A DNA stretch of 64,000 bases, taken from positions 33,604,001-33,668,000 of the forward strand of contig OZ024741.1 of NCBI GenBank assembly GCA_964016885.1. The letters run 5' to 3'. Source of the stretch: Eledone cirrhosa. Lineage: Eukaryota. Below the pieces are notes generated by a model that ran no database searches, had not been told where the DNA came from, and saw only the letters and a list, made by a program, of their open reading frames with translations. Position numbers and translations under genes: made by a program. How positions within the stretch are numbered: the first letter of the stretch is position 1; every line of letters starts with the position of its first letter. Below, one piece after another: positions 1-12,994 of this stretch.

Positions 1-43
1 GGCCAAAAGAAATATTAATAAGCATTTGTCCGGTGCTCTGACC

Positions 44-209
44 CAAGCATAGGCAACCTTTTTCGAGCAATGGGTCACATAGGCTGTTTTTCATCATAAG
101 GCGGGCCGCACTATTAAAAAAGAATTGAAGGCAATTTTGAAATTAGGCGTGCCATTTAGAAAGCCAAACGGGCCACATGCGGCTCGTGGGTCTCAGTTGC
201 CCATGACTG
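44..209. mobile_element. hAT (Charlie-like) MITE
   Basis: Imperfect TIRs CAAGCATAGGCAAC / GTTGCCCATGACTG, internal GGGCCGCA/GGGCCACA motifs typical of Charlie-type MITEs; decayed 8-bp TSD (ctctgacc/cacgaacc). It interrupts a SINE-like head. Confidence 0.6.
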
Positions 210-245
210 CACGAACCCTTATGCCAATCCACTGCAAAGTTTACG

Positions 246-438
246 GTTTCTAACATATGCATAAGGCGTGAAATATTTGGAGGAAGGGAAAGTCGGTTAA
301 ATCGACTCCAGTACTAGACTGGTACTAAAGGATAAAAAGCAAAGTAAACCTCGGTGGAAGTTGAATTTGAAACGTAAAGAACTGTAACAAATACTGCACA
401 ACATCTTATCCGACGCTCTAGCGATTCTGCCAATCCAG
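246..438 (-). mobile_element. tRNA-derived SINE, family A (diverged copy)
   Basis: Reverse complement reads tggattggcagaatcgctagagcgtcgga...ttcaa..ccaccgagg..actttgc..gtaccagt, matching the copies at 21600, 47320 and 48950. Confidence 0.65.
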
Positions 439-560
439 TTATGTTGTATAATCGCTGAAATCACCATCACTCCAGATGACAACTAGTTAAGGGACTTCCA
501 TTGTTTGTGGCTATTGTGCTTCATTACATTTTCTTATGTACTTATTTATCGTAAGTTTTC

Positions 561-655
<95 letters not shown>

Positions 656-868
656 TAGGTGTGTGGCTACAGTTACAGGTGGCGCGCCGTTCGAATGTAT
701 CTTTGCACATATAAACTCGCATATCTGAGGAGATATCGAAGAAAAGTCTGGTTCCGTTATCTTGATTGTACCCTGAGCTGATCGTTATCGAAACAGTTAT
801 AATATACCAATAAAGTTTGAACATATGCTGCAACCACTGACTTCGATTCTACTTACTATATATATCTA

Positions 869-947
869 TAGGATGTCTCAAAAGTTACAATCTATTTTGG
901 TGTACTTATTGGCATTCAAAATAGATAGTGACTGTTGAGACACCCTG
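869..947. mobile_element. Tc1/mariner-type mini-MITE (~80 bp hairpin)
   Basis: TIRs (t)AGGATGTCTCAAAAGTTACAATCTATTTTG / CAAAATAGATAGTGACTGTTGAGACACCCTG; a CAGGGTGTC terminus is typical of Tc1/mariner; TA on the left flank. Confidence 0.55.
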
Positions 948-974
948 CGTATATGTATATATATATATAAAAAT

Positions 975-1790
975 GGAGTGCTGCGTGGTTGCACATGGGT
1001 TACATATGAATAAAATTAGTCCTTCATCAGTGATCTTCCAACCTTCATTGGTATTTCATCGCTTTAAAAATCATATACCTCTGGTTGGTGCGAGCAATAA
1101 CTAAATAAAGTTATTGGAACAAGTAAAATAGGGTGAAACGAGCGAGACATGTAAACAAACAAAGATGGTATTGCAACGGAAAGATAGGAAGAGACAAGTA
1201 CATGATATCTGTAAGCTTAAGCTTGGTGAAATAGATAACAATTCCCAAATAGCCAAGACGAAAGAGTTAAGATGTGTTATCCTTCTATAAAGATGAGCAG
1301 AAAAATGTGTAGGGAAAAATGGTATAAAACTTGCTCAAGCCCCATTATATGTCTATATAGTATATCCTGAGCATTGACTCAAGAAATTGGGTATTAAACA
1401 TTTATTATGCTCATTCTTGCGTCATCAGAGAAGTTATATAGTGGTTCATTTTGTTTGTGTTGAGAAGTGTAAAGAGAAGTGATAGGGTGTAGTATCATTT
1501 CTAAAAAGGTAACTCTAGTAAGACCATGGTCTATTGGGATTTACCAAAGCTTTAAAGAAGTTACGTAACTTCTGGAATCTGTTGGTACGCTCTATGTTAC
1601 AGTTGGTGAAATTTTGAAGGTCATCAGTGAGGTGTAGGTTTCTTTAACCCCTGCAAATGTATATATGATATTGTGTAATTGTATATTAGTTTCTGCACCG
1701 TGCCTTTTAACTAGACTTTTTCACACGTAACAAGAATACAATACTACTTTTTGAAGACTTCATTACTTCATTCCGTAAATGTAAGGTTAT
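975..1790 (-). mobile_element. Highly decayed Penelope-like 3' remnant (GIY-YIG-like region plus 3' UTR)
   Basis: The 3' UTR block aaaatcatatacctctggttggtgcgagcaataac recurs at ~9890-10080, ~60838-61050 and ~61215-61322. The minus strand carries CTGATGA at ~1024-1030 and faint N-I-I-Y...C-A-G codons near 1630-1680. Confidence 0.35.
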
Positions 1791-1834
1791 TCTTATTAAC
1801 ACACACACATATATATGTATATGTATATATATAA

Positions 1835-1884
<50 letters not shown>

Positions 1885-1938
1885 TTACACAGAGGGTGCT
1901 GCTATACTCAATCTACAATATATATGTGTGTGTCTGTG

Positions 1939-1986
<48 letters not shown>

Positions 1987-2000
1987 TATAAACATACATA

Positions 2001-2455
2001 TTCTTCTTCTTGAGTCATCCGATACCTTGAGACAATGGTGAGGTATTGACAAAGTTCAAGCTCCAGAGACCTCGGTCGATCATTGCAACTAACAGATGCG
2101 TTCCTTTGAGGCATGTATCCATCTTAATGATTGATTTCTTGGTGATATGAGGTCGGCCAACTCCTCTCTTTGCATCCGGAGTCTAGGGGAACAATCTTGC
2201 AGCGGGTTCGTCATGGCGAGTTATATGGCCGGCAAGGGCCAGACAATGATGCCCCAGAACATCAGAGATGTGAGGCAAGGAACCATACAGAGACTTGTTT
2301 GTTAGATGACGTCTCCATGAGGTGTTGTTTGTCTAGCGAGGCATTCTAGTGTATGTACTGCCGAGTCTCTTGCGGCAAACAGCAGTCATCGTCGACCACT
2401 CCGAACCGTACAGAAAGATCGTTTTTCTACAAGCCAGAAATGTTCTTGTTTTTGT
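2001..2455 (-). pseudogene. RTE/RTEX-clade LINE 3' fragment
   Basis: Translates as ...IFLYGSEW..TYTRMPR*..SWRRHLTNKSLYGSLP..LALAGHITRH..GVGRP..AMIDRGLW, a canonical RTE-type C-terminus, with a short (GAA)n tail at ~2001-2010 and in-frame stops. Confidence 0.8.
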
Positions 2456-3277
2456 AGCCTTGTTGTCTTTGTGTCCTTGTGGGTGGCTGCCTTTCAAACT
2501 CTCTGACGTGTATATTATAAACATATGAGAGAGAGGAAGATAGATGAACAAATACATAGTCACAGGTCCCAAACAATATAGGGCGGAATAAACAGCGGAG
2601 TTGGAAACACATTTCTAGCTTGACTCTGTCGATTTTTTTAAAAAGCAAAACTTAACCGGAGATAGATTAACAAACGTTAATAAGCGGGGATGGGGAATAA
2701 GAGTGGAGGGGGAATTAGTCGAGACCCGACAGTACTAACGCTTTTTAATGTCTCCCCTTGCCTACTTACTCTCTGAGAAGTTAGCTGGCTACAGGTTCAG
2801 TCAACCATGTTTATTTTTAATCCTACCCTGTTGCTTATCATCGCCTTCATGGAGCTTTTTGATCCGTGTTATCTTATTCATCATCCAAACGTCACCAGTA
2901 TCATCGTCATCATTATCATCATTATCTCAATCTCCAATATATATATTATAAGGATTTTCTGCCCTACAGTTAAGCTTTTACCGTTTCGATAGCAAAAGGG
3001 CTTAACTAATAACATCATATATACATACGTGTGTGTGTGTGTGTGTATATATATATACATCAATAATATTAATCAATGGAAACTATCTTTATAAAAGCAT
3101 ATTTATTTTATTATATGTATTTCAAGGGTTCTAATATTTTGGTACGCACTCATCGGGTAAAATACAAAAATTGGTTTACAGATAGTGACATATCCAGACT
3201 AGAACTTAATTTTGTGAGTTCTATGTGAATAGTGAAGAAAACTTCAAACCTCGAGATGAATATTTAAATAACTCATT

Positions 3278-3361
<84 letters not shown>

Positions 3362-3423
3362 ATGCTCAAGTTGGTGAACAAACAGTAACACAATATTACA
3401 ATACATTAAGCTATATATATATG

Positions 3424-3472
<49 letters not shown>

Positions 3473-3745
3473 AGAGAGAGAGAGATTTATACCTATATAT
3501 TTATATATAATTATTTGTTCATGGCTGTATGTCTGTGTGTATCCATGCTTGTGTCTCATAGAGTGAGGGAATGAGTGCGTATAGAAACATGTGCCAATCA
3601 AAATAGATGATGAAGGTTAATGTCTAACAGAAATAGTAATTCTACCCCATTTTTGAGGTCACTGAACCATGTTGTGTCTACTTTATGTTCATCTCTCTCA
3701 CATATTTGTCTGTCTCTGTCACTGAATAACTATGTAAAGTAGATG

Positions 3746-3784
<39 letters not shown>

Positions 3785-3799
3785 TTAGATAGGTAGAAA

Positions 3800-6285
3800 G
3801 ATAGATAAATTTCTTTATTAGCCACAAGGGCACAACAGAAGGGGACAAATACAAATGGGGAGTTTACATCGAGGTATATGAAAATAAAACTATTAATCAA
3901 ACAACAAATAACAATTGAAATCCCCAATAGGGGGGAGGTGTTACACAGGGGTTGTACACACCCCGAAAAAATGTACAACCCTCATCTCCAGGAGCACCAA
4001 GAGTGAGTACTCCCTTTCTCTCTTCCTCTTTTTCCTCACCCTACAGTCTTATATAGAGAGTAGGCCCAACCATTCGGGCCATCTTTGTCACATTCACCCA
4101 CCTTTTATAAAATTTGCTGGGGTACAGCACCTCTCTCTCCATCCTGATTCTTCTTCCAAAATGATATTTGAAAAAACGAATCAGTTGCTCGCCGGAGAGA
4201 AAGGTGTCTGACCTCAGCCCTTTTAACCTCGTCTACCATATAACCTCTTTCACCGTAGCCATAACACATAGGAAAACCACCTCTCCTTCGTTTTTGAAGG
4301 AGGGTGGCGGTTTGATCATGACAATGGACTCGGTGGTCAACTGGATTGGCCCCACCCGCGACAATAGTCGTTCTACATAGCCCCACAGGTCGGTAACGCC
4401 CGGGCAATGTACAAATGCGTGTGCGACGGTTTCCTCGTCGCGCACGCATCTCGGACAGATCTTTTTCGAAGAGTTCCTACCCAGGTGCCCGTGTCTGTAG
4501 AGCTTGTCTCGAACGGGTAGAGCCCCTCGGTAGCACTGCCAGGCCAGGGACTTTTGGAAGTTGTCCATTGGTCCCGGGCGGAAGGTCCTACCGAACAGAC
4601 TGGCCAGTTCGTCCTCCTCTACGCCTAGAGTTTCTCCGAGCGTGTCGTCGCACTTGCTGCGGACCAACCCTCTATAGAATGTCGAAGTGGAGTCTCCACT
4701 GATCGCCGGGTCCATTTGCCAGTGGACTGTGAGCGCCTGAGCACATTCGATATCCCAGTCGCCCATTTTCCTCGGTCTTTGCTTGACCCTGGTCTGCAGC
4801 TCGGTCAGCGAGACGAGTTGTGGGAAGGCTCACCTCACGAACGGGACCCACACCGGTTGTCTGGTGACGAATTCGTGGAGGTGCCGCAGCCTGAGCGCGT
4901 GTTTGCGCATCATCAGCCACGGCAACCCCAGCCCTCCGTTTGAAGGGTGTTGGCAGCAGATGGATCTTCTATCCAAAGGAGCCCGTTTCTTCCAAAGGAA
5001 TTGGAAGAGCGCGCGCTCCATTTTGGTGAGCGTTTTGGCTGGACAAGGCACAATGGTCAAGCGGTAATAGATGACGGACGCTATAAAAGTGTTCGCCACC
5101 TCCGCTCGACCTTTCAAAGATAGTTTGCACTCGGCTCACTTCTGGGTGAGCGCAAACACCTTGGCCGTCACCTCGTCCCAGTTCTTCTCCACCTGGAGGT
5201 CAGGACCAAACCAGACCCCGAGCAGCTTTACCGGTCCTTCCGCCCAGCGTCCGACGACGTCATCGGAAGGCATCGGTTTGCCTCTCCACGTTCCGAGATG
5301 CAAACCGACGGATTTGTCCCGGTTCAGCTTCGCTCCTGTGAACCTTTCGTATTCCTCCAGTAAGGTGCCAATCTCCCCGATTTGCGAGGTGCTCGACACC
5401 ATTACTGTAACGTCGTCGGCGTAGGCCGACGCCGCTTTTCGCAGTCCCGGTTCTAAAGATATGCCCTGCAATAGTTCCAACTTCCGCAGTACTGGCTCGA
5501 GAGTCAGTACGTACAGAAGGGAGCAGAGATGGCATCCCTGTCGGATGGATCGCGTGATATGGAACGGCTCCGAGAGGTAGTCGTTCACCTTGACCCTTGA
5601 GCAGTTGTTGCTGTTGTGCATTGCAGCAATCCAGACCCTGAACACGGGACCGAAGCCTGCCGCCTCGAGCACTGCATCCAGGTAACGATGGTCAACCCTA
5701 TCGAAAGCCTTAGACTGATCCAAGTTGATCAGGGCCCCACCGAAGCCGGGTTTACACCCTACTCTCTCTATGATGTATCGCATGAGGTGGAGGTTGTCGT
5801 GTATGGACCTGGTCGGGATTGCGCATGTCTGCGCTTCTCCCACCAGGTTTTCGACGACAAGCGCCAGCCTCTTTGCCAACACCATGGCCAAAATCTGTAA
5901 CTCTGTGTTGAGCAGAGTTATGGGCCGGAAGTTGCCTATGTCATCCCCCTTGTTATCGTCCTTCCTGACTAACGTGATTACGCCCTTGGTCACAGAACTG
6001 GGAATTCTCCCGTTCTGCTGCCAGTTGCAGTAGACCGCTTCCAGGAGACCGGAGAACAAGTTCGGCATTGCTACGTAAAATTCGTAGGGCAGACCGTCGA
6101 GACCTGGAGATTTGCGTTTGCCGTATTGGCTCAGTGCGTCCCCTATCTCAGCGGCTGAAATCGGCCTTTTGCAGAACTTCGCCTCGCTGTCCGAGAGTCG
6201 TGGTAGGCCGTCGAGGTATGGACCGAAATCCATAGCCCCTTCCGGCGCGCCGCCCTGCCCGAACAGTTGAGCAAAGTGCCGCTGT
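3800..6285 (-). mobile_element. 5'-truncated Tx1/L1-clade non-LTR retrotransposon
   Basis: RT motifs KSPGLDGLPYEFY, FRPITLLN, LDQSKAFDRVDH, RQGC and AYADDV; C-terminal CPRC..ETVAHAFVHC zinc knuckle; 3' UTR with AATAAA ending in (TATC)n. Confidence 0.92.
4041..6285 (-). pseudogene. LINE ORF2 (RT plus zf-RVT) with three in-frame nonsense codons
   Basis: ORFs 5136-6305, 4830-5117 and 4233-4766 share one frame, separated by TGA/TGA/TAG; the frame continues to a TAG at 4041. The endonuclease domain is absent. Confidence 0.88.
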
Positions 6286-6406
6286 TTGCTTTGGCAAACA
6301 GACACAGAGAATGATTAATAGTTAAGCAGATATACGTGTATGTATATATATATATATACATATATATATAGGAAAGTAAAAAACAACAACATTGCAGGAG
6401 TACATG

Positions 6407-6478
<72 letters not shown>

Positions 6479-6647
6479 TCATAATACCTCATGACGATAC
6501 GAGAGCCAAACAGATAAACAAAAGGTGCAAAAAAGATACATAAAATATAAAAAAGATACATAAAAGAACGAAAAGTATGATATACTATTTACAAAAAAAA
6601 AAGAGAGAATAAAAAGTTGTTAGAAATGAAATGGTTCAATATTGAGA

Positions 6648-6737
6648 ATGGCTATAGCTAGGGGGGCCACCGAGAAGGATTATAGTGGGGGGGTGGCTAT
6701 AGCTAGGGAGGCCACCGAGAAGGATTATAGTGGGGGG
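6648..6737. repeat. ~46-bp tandem duplication
   Basis: ggctatagctagg(g)nccaccgagaaggattatagtgggggg occurs twice. Confidence 0.8.
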
Positions 6738-6821
6738 AAAAAACTATCATCCTTTTCATGACGGTCTGTAAAAGGATCACTTTACGCTAAGTCGTTTTTT
6801 TATGTAGGAGTAAGCTACAGG

Positions 6822-6984
6822 AGCTGAGATGGCCGCCCGCAGGTGCGAACCCCGCGAAGTGGAGTGGCTGTTCCAGTGCATTTCCATCACCGTCCTCTGG
6901 AGCAATGTATTCTCCATCCTGTCGGCCGGGACCCGAAGTTAGTTGGAAGTGGAGGATACTCGTTCGGACGTCACTTTCTCTCTA
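6822..6984. repeat. GC-rich interspersed repeat of unknown class
   Basis: Homologous to ~48410-48590 (ctgttccagtgc...gcaatgtattctccatc.tgtcggcc...gatactcgttcggacgtcactttctctcta). Confidence 0.7.
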
Positions 6985-7204
6985 TTTCTTTAAAATGTTA
7001 TAATTCTCCACTACATTACTAAAGACAACAGGAGTATACTGAGATAATGTTTCTGTGAAATAATTTGGAATATATAAACACAATGAAGGACACAACAGAG
7101 GAGGAGAGAGAGGACGAGAAAGGTAGAAAGTTGCTGGTTGTCTTTATCAGAGAGCATGTCAGAGCGTTATATAGAACAGAAAGACCTTAAAGTTAAACTC
7201 TAGG

Positions 7205-7472
7205 CCAAACCCAGAGGCTCATTAAGTGGAAGCTTATCCCTGGTTCATGCGGCGTTAAATGACTTACAGTATGAGACTCCCTCACATGGCACTTATAGTC
7301 CTTTCCTCTACTTTTCTATACAGCCAGATCTACCCTTCTTTACCCCTTCCCCTTGAGATCGGACGCCAGTCCAACACAAGGTTAACCACAAGCTACTGCT
7401 CATGGTACAGCTGGTGGTACACATTTTTCAGCTGGGTGGACCTAAGCCACGTGAAATGAAGTGTCCTTGGGC
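7205..7472 (-). mobile_element. SINE body fragment (family B-related)
   Basis: Reverse complement contains cccaaggacacttcatttcacgtggcttaggtccacccagctgaaaaatgtgtacc, similar to the SINE at 53915. Confidence 0.5.
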
Positions 7473-8091
7473 TAATTGTTTATTAAAGTTATTCAAGTAT
7501 GTTTGTTATTAGGGAACAAGTCAGGATGGAGGGAAATACTATCTCAGAAATTCCATCGCTGTTTTTTTTTTCCTCTTTATTTATTTTACAGCTTTTATTT
7601 GTACATGTTTTGCCTAATTTACTTATTTTATACACATACACACACTCTCTCTCACACACAACACACATACCTACACATACATACACACACATATAACACA
7701 TTTTGCTGTTTATATATATATATTCATATATATATATACTTTTTCATTTCGCTACCATGACATTTGACATATTCCGCCATGTTGTTTTGCTAGTAACTAT
7801 TATAATAAAGCCTTACTGACGCCATCATGGCCCCCAACACTATCTTATCTCCTTCACTTTATATATTTATATCTTTTTTACCTTTTCTATTTGCTTTCTT
7901 TCCTTTTTACGTCTCTTTTTTTTTATTTCTATCTTTTATTTGTGTTTTTATACTTTTTTTCTCTATCTTTTAGTTATCGCGAAGATTTTTTATTTTTTTT
8001 ATTTTATGCATGTTTTTTTTCAGCTTTTTGTTTTTAGTTTTTATTTATTTTAGCACATTCCCCTTTCCCCCTCATTCTTCCTAATCCATCA

Positions 8092-8158
<67 letters not shown>

Positions 8159-8782
8159 CCTTTCTCCCACACCTAATCTCCTTCTCTCACTTTCTCCCTC
8201 TCTCTCTCGTACATGTTGTTTCATGTCTACTACATATCTCTATATCCTTAACTCTTTTCAGTTCTATCTCGCTCTATCTATCTATCTATTTCTCCCTCTC
8301 CCTCTTTCTTTCTCTCTTTCCTCTCTCTCTTGTCTCTCTCTCTCTTTCTTTCTCTTATCTCACTCTCTTTCTCTCGCTCACTTTATCTGTTTATCTCTCT
8401 ACTTCTCTTCTCACTTCTTTTCTAGTTAATCTCTCTCTCTCTCTCTCTCTCCCTTTCTCTCCCTCTCTCTGTATTTTGATCTCCAAAACCTTCCACCCCA
8501 TTGATTTGACCTACTAGAAAGAGCTGCTAAATCCCCTGAAATCATATTTCTATAATGGGGGCAACTGTATAATGTAGTTTCCCTTTATAAATATATACTG
8601 TTGTTCTAGATACATTGTCTAAACTGGGACGTCTTTATGATAAATTTGCTTGAGCAACCTATAGTCAAATCAGCGTGTGTGTGTGTGTGTGTGTCCGTGC
8701 GTATTTACACGTAAATAAGACCGTTATTGCTCCAACGAGTCAACTCATCATCAATAACTATCCTATATATACATACACATGC

Positions 8783-8828
<46 letters not shown>

Positions 8829-8853
8829 TGTGTGTGTGTGTGTGTACATGTAT

Positions 8854-8938
<85 letters not shown>

Positions 8939-9569
8939 AACAAGCAAACATAAATCCGAAAGTAGACACACCCAGAACAAACGCAAAGCAATCATCAAAT
9001 GCAATATATGTAAATAATACACCCAGAAAACAAAGCCAACAACAAACAAAACATCTAGTGGATAAGATAATCTAATTCCAAACTCGTATAAAATACAATC
9101 GTAAATACAAAGTCAATCAGGAACTAAATGTCTATACTAGAACTAAGACATCCTTCACGAACTCTACCTCAGACATCATCTATATTTCCTAGTCCCTAAC
9201 CCGCTCTAAATATGTGTATGACAGAGAGACAGACCTTTTCAAGCTGCAGACGTCAAATTACGCAGTTTCTGTATAAGTATAGACATTAATCAATATATAT
9301 TATAATAAAAGTGACCTATAGTCCATCTATCTATTTGTCTATGGATATCCATAAAGGTGAGCCATACAAGGTGGTGTAGCTCTTTCGAAACATTTCACTC
9401 ATTATTCTTTAAAGTAATGCGTTTGCATGTTGGATTATTCTTTAATTCTTTAACACTGGTCTCTGTCATTCGATTGGGACTGTGCTGGGGCACAGTCTTG
9501 AAGGAATGTAGTCAATTATATCGACCTCTATACTTAGTTTGAAGTATGGTACTTATTTTTAAGGAGCAT

Positions 9570-9799
9570 AAACGAAAACAGATATGTCAGAAAGATAAGA
9601 TAGATTAAAAAGAATAAGATCAGAAGAAAAAACAAGAATAGTCATTGAGAAGGTAACATGGTGTGTGACGAAAGAGCTTTTACAACTAAATATGGCAATT
9701 AAACAACTTCCTGATTACTCAACTAACTGTAATAATAAAACTGAAGTGAAACCCACCCGATGCATGCGTTTTTATTGGCAACATGGCCGTCCCAAAATT

Positions 9800-9806
<7 letters not shown>
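9570..9806 (+). mobile_element. Decayed PLE 3' UTR remnant
   Basis: Has the end motif gaagtgaaa...ttattggcaacatg..cccaaaattacaat(TA)n and a decayed hammerhead (gtca TTGAGAA...gtgac GAAAGAGCTT), shared with the 10905 and 16294 copies. Confidence 0.6.
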
Positions 9807-9851
<45 letters not shown>

Positions 9852-10086
9852 AAAAATATGGGGAGAACAATACTGCATGGTTGCACATGGATAACATGTT
9901 ATAAAATGAGTCCCTCATCAGTGATTTGCCAACGATCATTGGTATTTCATCGCATTAAAAATCATATACCTCACGTTGGTGCGAGAATAACTAAAATAAG
10001 TTATTAGGACAATTGAAACGCGTAAAGCGAGTGAGACAAGTAAACAACACGGGAAAGCTAACCGAAGATAGAAAGAAACACAAGCA

Positions 10087-10128
<42 letters not shown>

Positions 10129-10904
10129 GGGGGGGTGTAATACAAGATGGGGCACCGCACAGTTTCAGTCTACCAAATTTCACTCAGACGACTGAGCCCG
10201 AAACTTCGTAGTTACAAAACATATTCCATACAACCACACCACCTCACAGTCACACCACCACACCACCACACTACCACACAACTATGCCTGCGCAATAAAA
10301 GCTTTTTTTCATTGTTACAATAAATAAAGTAACATGAAATAAAAGGAATATACAGAAGGGATATAAATTGTTGGGGCTCTGGATAATGTAAAGTTTAGTA
10401 AAGGAAAACATTAAGATACCGTAATAATTGGGGAATGGCGCTCATGCGTTTCTACATTAGCTACAAAAGTGAGCTGAATTGTATACAACCGGAAACTATA
10501 AACAGAATAATGGATTCAACAGGTTCGGTTTTGTCTAGAGATTTTTAATTGCTCTACATAAAACATTTTAAAGATAATATGCTCGATAGAGGAAGGATTC
10601 GGCAACTGTTTCTTGAAGATCTAGTAACGATGTAAATTTTGCATTTTTTTGGTGTACTCTCGGGTCCCAAATAACAGAGGGGAGGTGCAGGGGTTGAATA
10701 GATAAGGGGTGGAATAAGCGAGAGGGGTCGGTAATTTGACTAGGTTGTCTCCGTTGGGGTTTTGTTATTTTATAACATGGGATTTCTAGTAATGTAGAAA
10801 ATGAATTGTCACAGGAACGCTACCTCTTAAAATAAAATTTCGACGGAGATAGATTAGCAAACTTTAATAAGCGGAGGTGTGGGTGAAAAAAATCCGAAAA
10901 ATTA

Positions 10905-11350
10905 ATAGGATTACTGAAACAACAAACATAAAAGAACTCCAACCAAAACTAAATAGAAAACATTAGTTGAATAGCAACAACATCCCAACTGGTGACTAAG
11001 GACAAGATAAAGACATACAGAGACACACACAAATAGAACAAGCAACCAACTGGTGACAAGTAAATAAACGTATGAATAAATAAACACACACACACGGATA
11101 TAACGCATGCGCAACACAAGTGCACAACACACAACTCACAAAAATAAGATGATTATGACAGATCAAAGGAGACACACAAAATAACAAATTAGTCACTGAG
11201 GAGGTCACAGAATGTGTGACGAAAGAGCTTTGACAATAAACAAATAAGCAGCCATCCGGTTATTACACTAACCAACGGGAAATTTATAATAAGTTGAAGT
11301 GAAAACCAACAGGTGTGTGTGTTATTATTGGCAGCATTACCCTCCCAATA
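10905..11350 (+). mobile_element. 5'-truncated PLE copy (ORF C-terminus plus 3' UTR)
   Basis: RITETTNIKELQPKLNRKH*LNSN matches the C-terminus of the 16.8-kb ORF (QITEAVSIKELQPKLNRKYEWNSN); same 3' UTR, ending in (TA)n. Confidence 0.8.
11192..11234 (+). ncRNA. Minimal type-I hammerhead ribozyme
   Basis: GTCA-CTGAGGA-G-GTCACA gaatg TGTGAC-GAAA-GAGC-TT-TGAC: core intact, stems I and II pair. Confidence 0.75.
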
Positions 11351-11361
11351 TATATATATAT

Positions 11362-11559
11362 AACAAAGAAGGTGTGGTAAGAAACCAGGTGGACCATAAC
11401 TCATCAGAGTACTCGATACTTAGTGTAGTAGAGTGGGTAATAGGGTAAAAAGTCAGGATCCCGACGGCTGAGCTCCGGCCTTTTCGACAGCAGCTAGATC
11501 CGAACAGTTCGGATATAGCTGTCTAAACGGCCGGAGTTTAGCCGTCGGGGTCCTGACCC

Positions 11560-11562
<3 letters not shown>
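11362..11562. mobile_element. Short (TA)n-flanked repeat family with terminal hairpin
   Basis: aaggtgtggtaagaaaccaggtggaccataac... recurs at ~25322-25440, ~46962-47052 and, inverted, at ~56358-56545. Here it ends in an inverted repeat spanning 11453-11557. Confidence 0.7.
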
Positions 11563-11618
<56 letters not shown>

Positions 11619-12061
11619 GTGGGAAAAGAGTCAGAAAGGTACTAGTTGAGATAATATAGAAAATGTTCAGAATGGAACATGTGTAAATATAATTATTTCT
11701 ACTATTGGCACAAGGCCACCAATTATCCCAGTACATTACTGATACTTTATTTTATCGACCCCGTAAGGATGAAAGGCATGACGTCCGACCTTCTACTGAT
11801 ACTGCTAATCCCCCGCCAATGGATGGAGAAAATAAGTGAACAAGATCTCTTCGGCTCGCTTCATTTAATATTTTCTTGCAATAAAAAATAATTCATATAT
11901 AAATTAATGTTGACCTTCAAATACATATTTTTCTATCGTATTCTCTCCTCTTCCTCCCTCCCTATATGTATGAGGTAATATATATGTGACAGTGTATACA
12001 TATATATATATATGTGTGTGTGTGTATTTATATATATATATGGGGGAAAAAGAATCAATGT

Positions 12062-12131
<70 letters not shown>

Positions 12132-12204
12132 CCCACTCTCAAGAGCGTGAAACTAATAAACCTTTGTTCGTACTGGCTCTCTGTTTTGTTACCGTTCAAT
12201 TTTT

Positions 12205-12241
<37 letters not shown>

Positions 12242-12394
12242 GTATGTAGAAAAAAACACAGTAAATTGTGTGTCTAAAATTACGAGGGTTGAAATACCAC
12301 ATTGGTTTGATAAATTTAACATGAAGCAAATGGAAGATATAGAATATATATATACAGACCGTCTCTATACATGCATACATACATACATATATAT

Positions 12395-12452
<58 letters not shown>

Positions 12453-12456
<4 letters not shown>

Positions 12457-12919
12457 GTAAGTATGTATGTATACGTACATACATATATGTATACAGACGT
12501 AAAATAACATGCATATATATATATATACATATATACATACAGGTACACAGACATATATGTACGCATAAGTTTAGCGGACGCTTATTATAGCGCCCGCTTT
12601 GTTCATTTGTAAACAAACTGAACAGCCTGAATTTATGCCGCACGGTGTTAAGGCAACCACGTCACCTTTTTGTTCAACACTGACACAGGAACGATGTACT
12701 AGTTTCAAGCTTGTTAGCTATCATCAGCACCGTTTACCCATCTGCCAGATAGTTGAACGTTCGAAATGAACAAAGCGGGCGCTATAATAAGCGTCCGCTA
12801 AACTTATGCGTACATATATGTCTGTGTACCTGTATATATATATGTATATATATATATATGCATGTTATTTTACGTCTGTATACATATATGTATGTACGTA
12901 TACATTCATACTTACATTT
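12453..12919. mobile_element. Inverted-repeat element (~155-bp arms) enclosing a hammerhead
   Basis: 12453-12608 is near-perfectly complementary to 12764-12919; (TA)n on the left flank. Confidence 0.8.
12690..12734 (-). ncRNA. Minimal type-I hammerhead ribozyme
   Basis: Minus strand AACGGTG-CTGATGA-tAGCT aaca AGCTt-GAAA-CTAG-TA-CATCGTT; 7-bp stem I, palindromic ACTAGT stem III, GUA cleavage site. Confidence 0.75.
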
Positions 12920-12994
12920 ATGTAAGTGCCGTACTAAGAGTGAGAAATGAAATTTCGTTTTCATTTTATTACAACTATATATATATATATATAT

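Noticed and set aside
1015-1035. Isolated CTGATGA motifs (also ~9914, ~11401, ~21309, ~60853) as hammerheads
   Set aside because: No correctly placed GAAA or stems can be drawn in these copies, so they are not counted as ribozymes.
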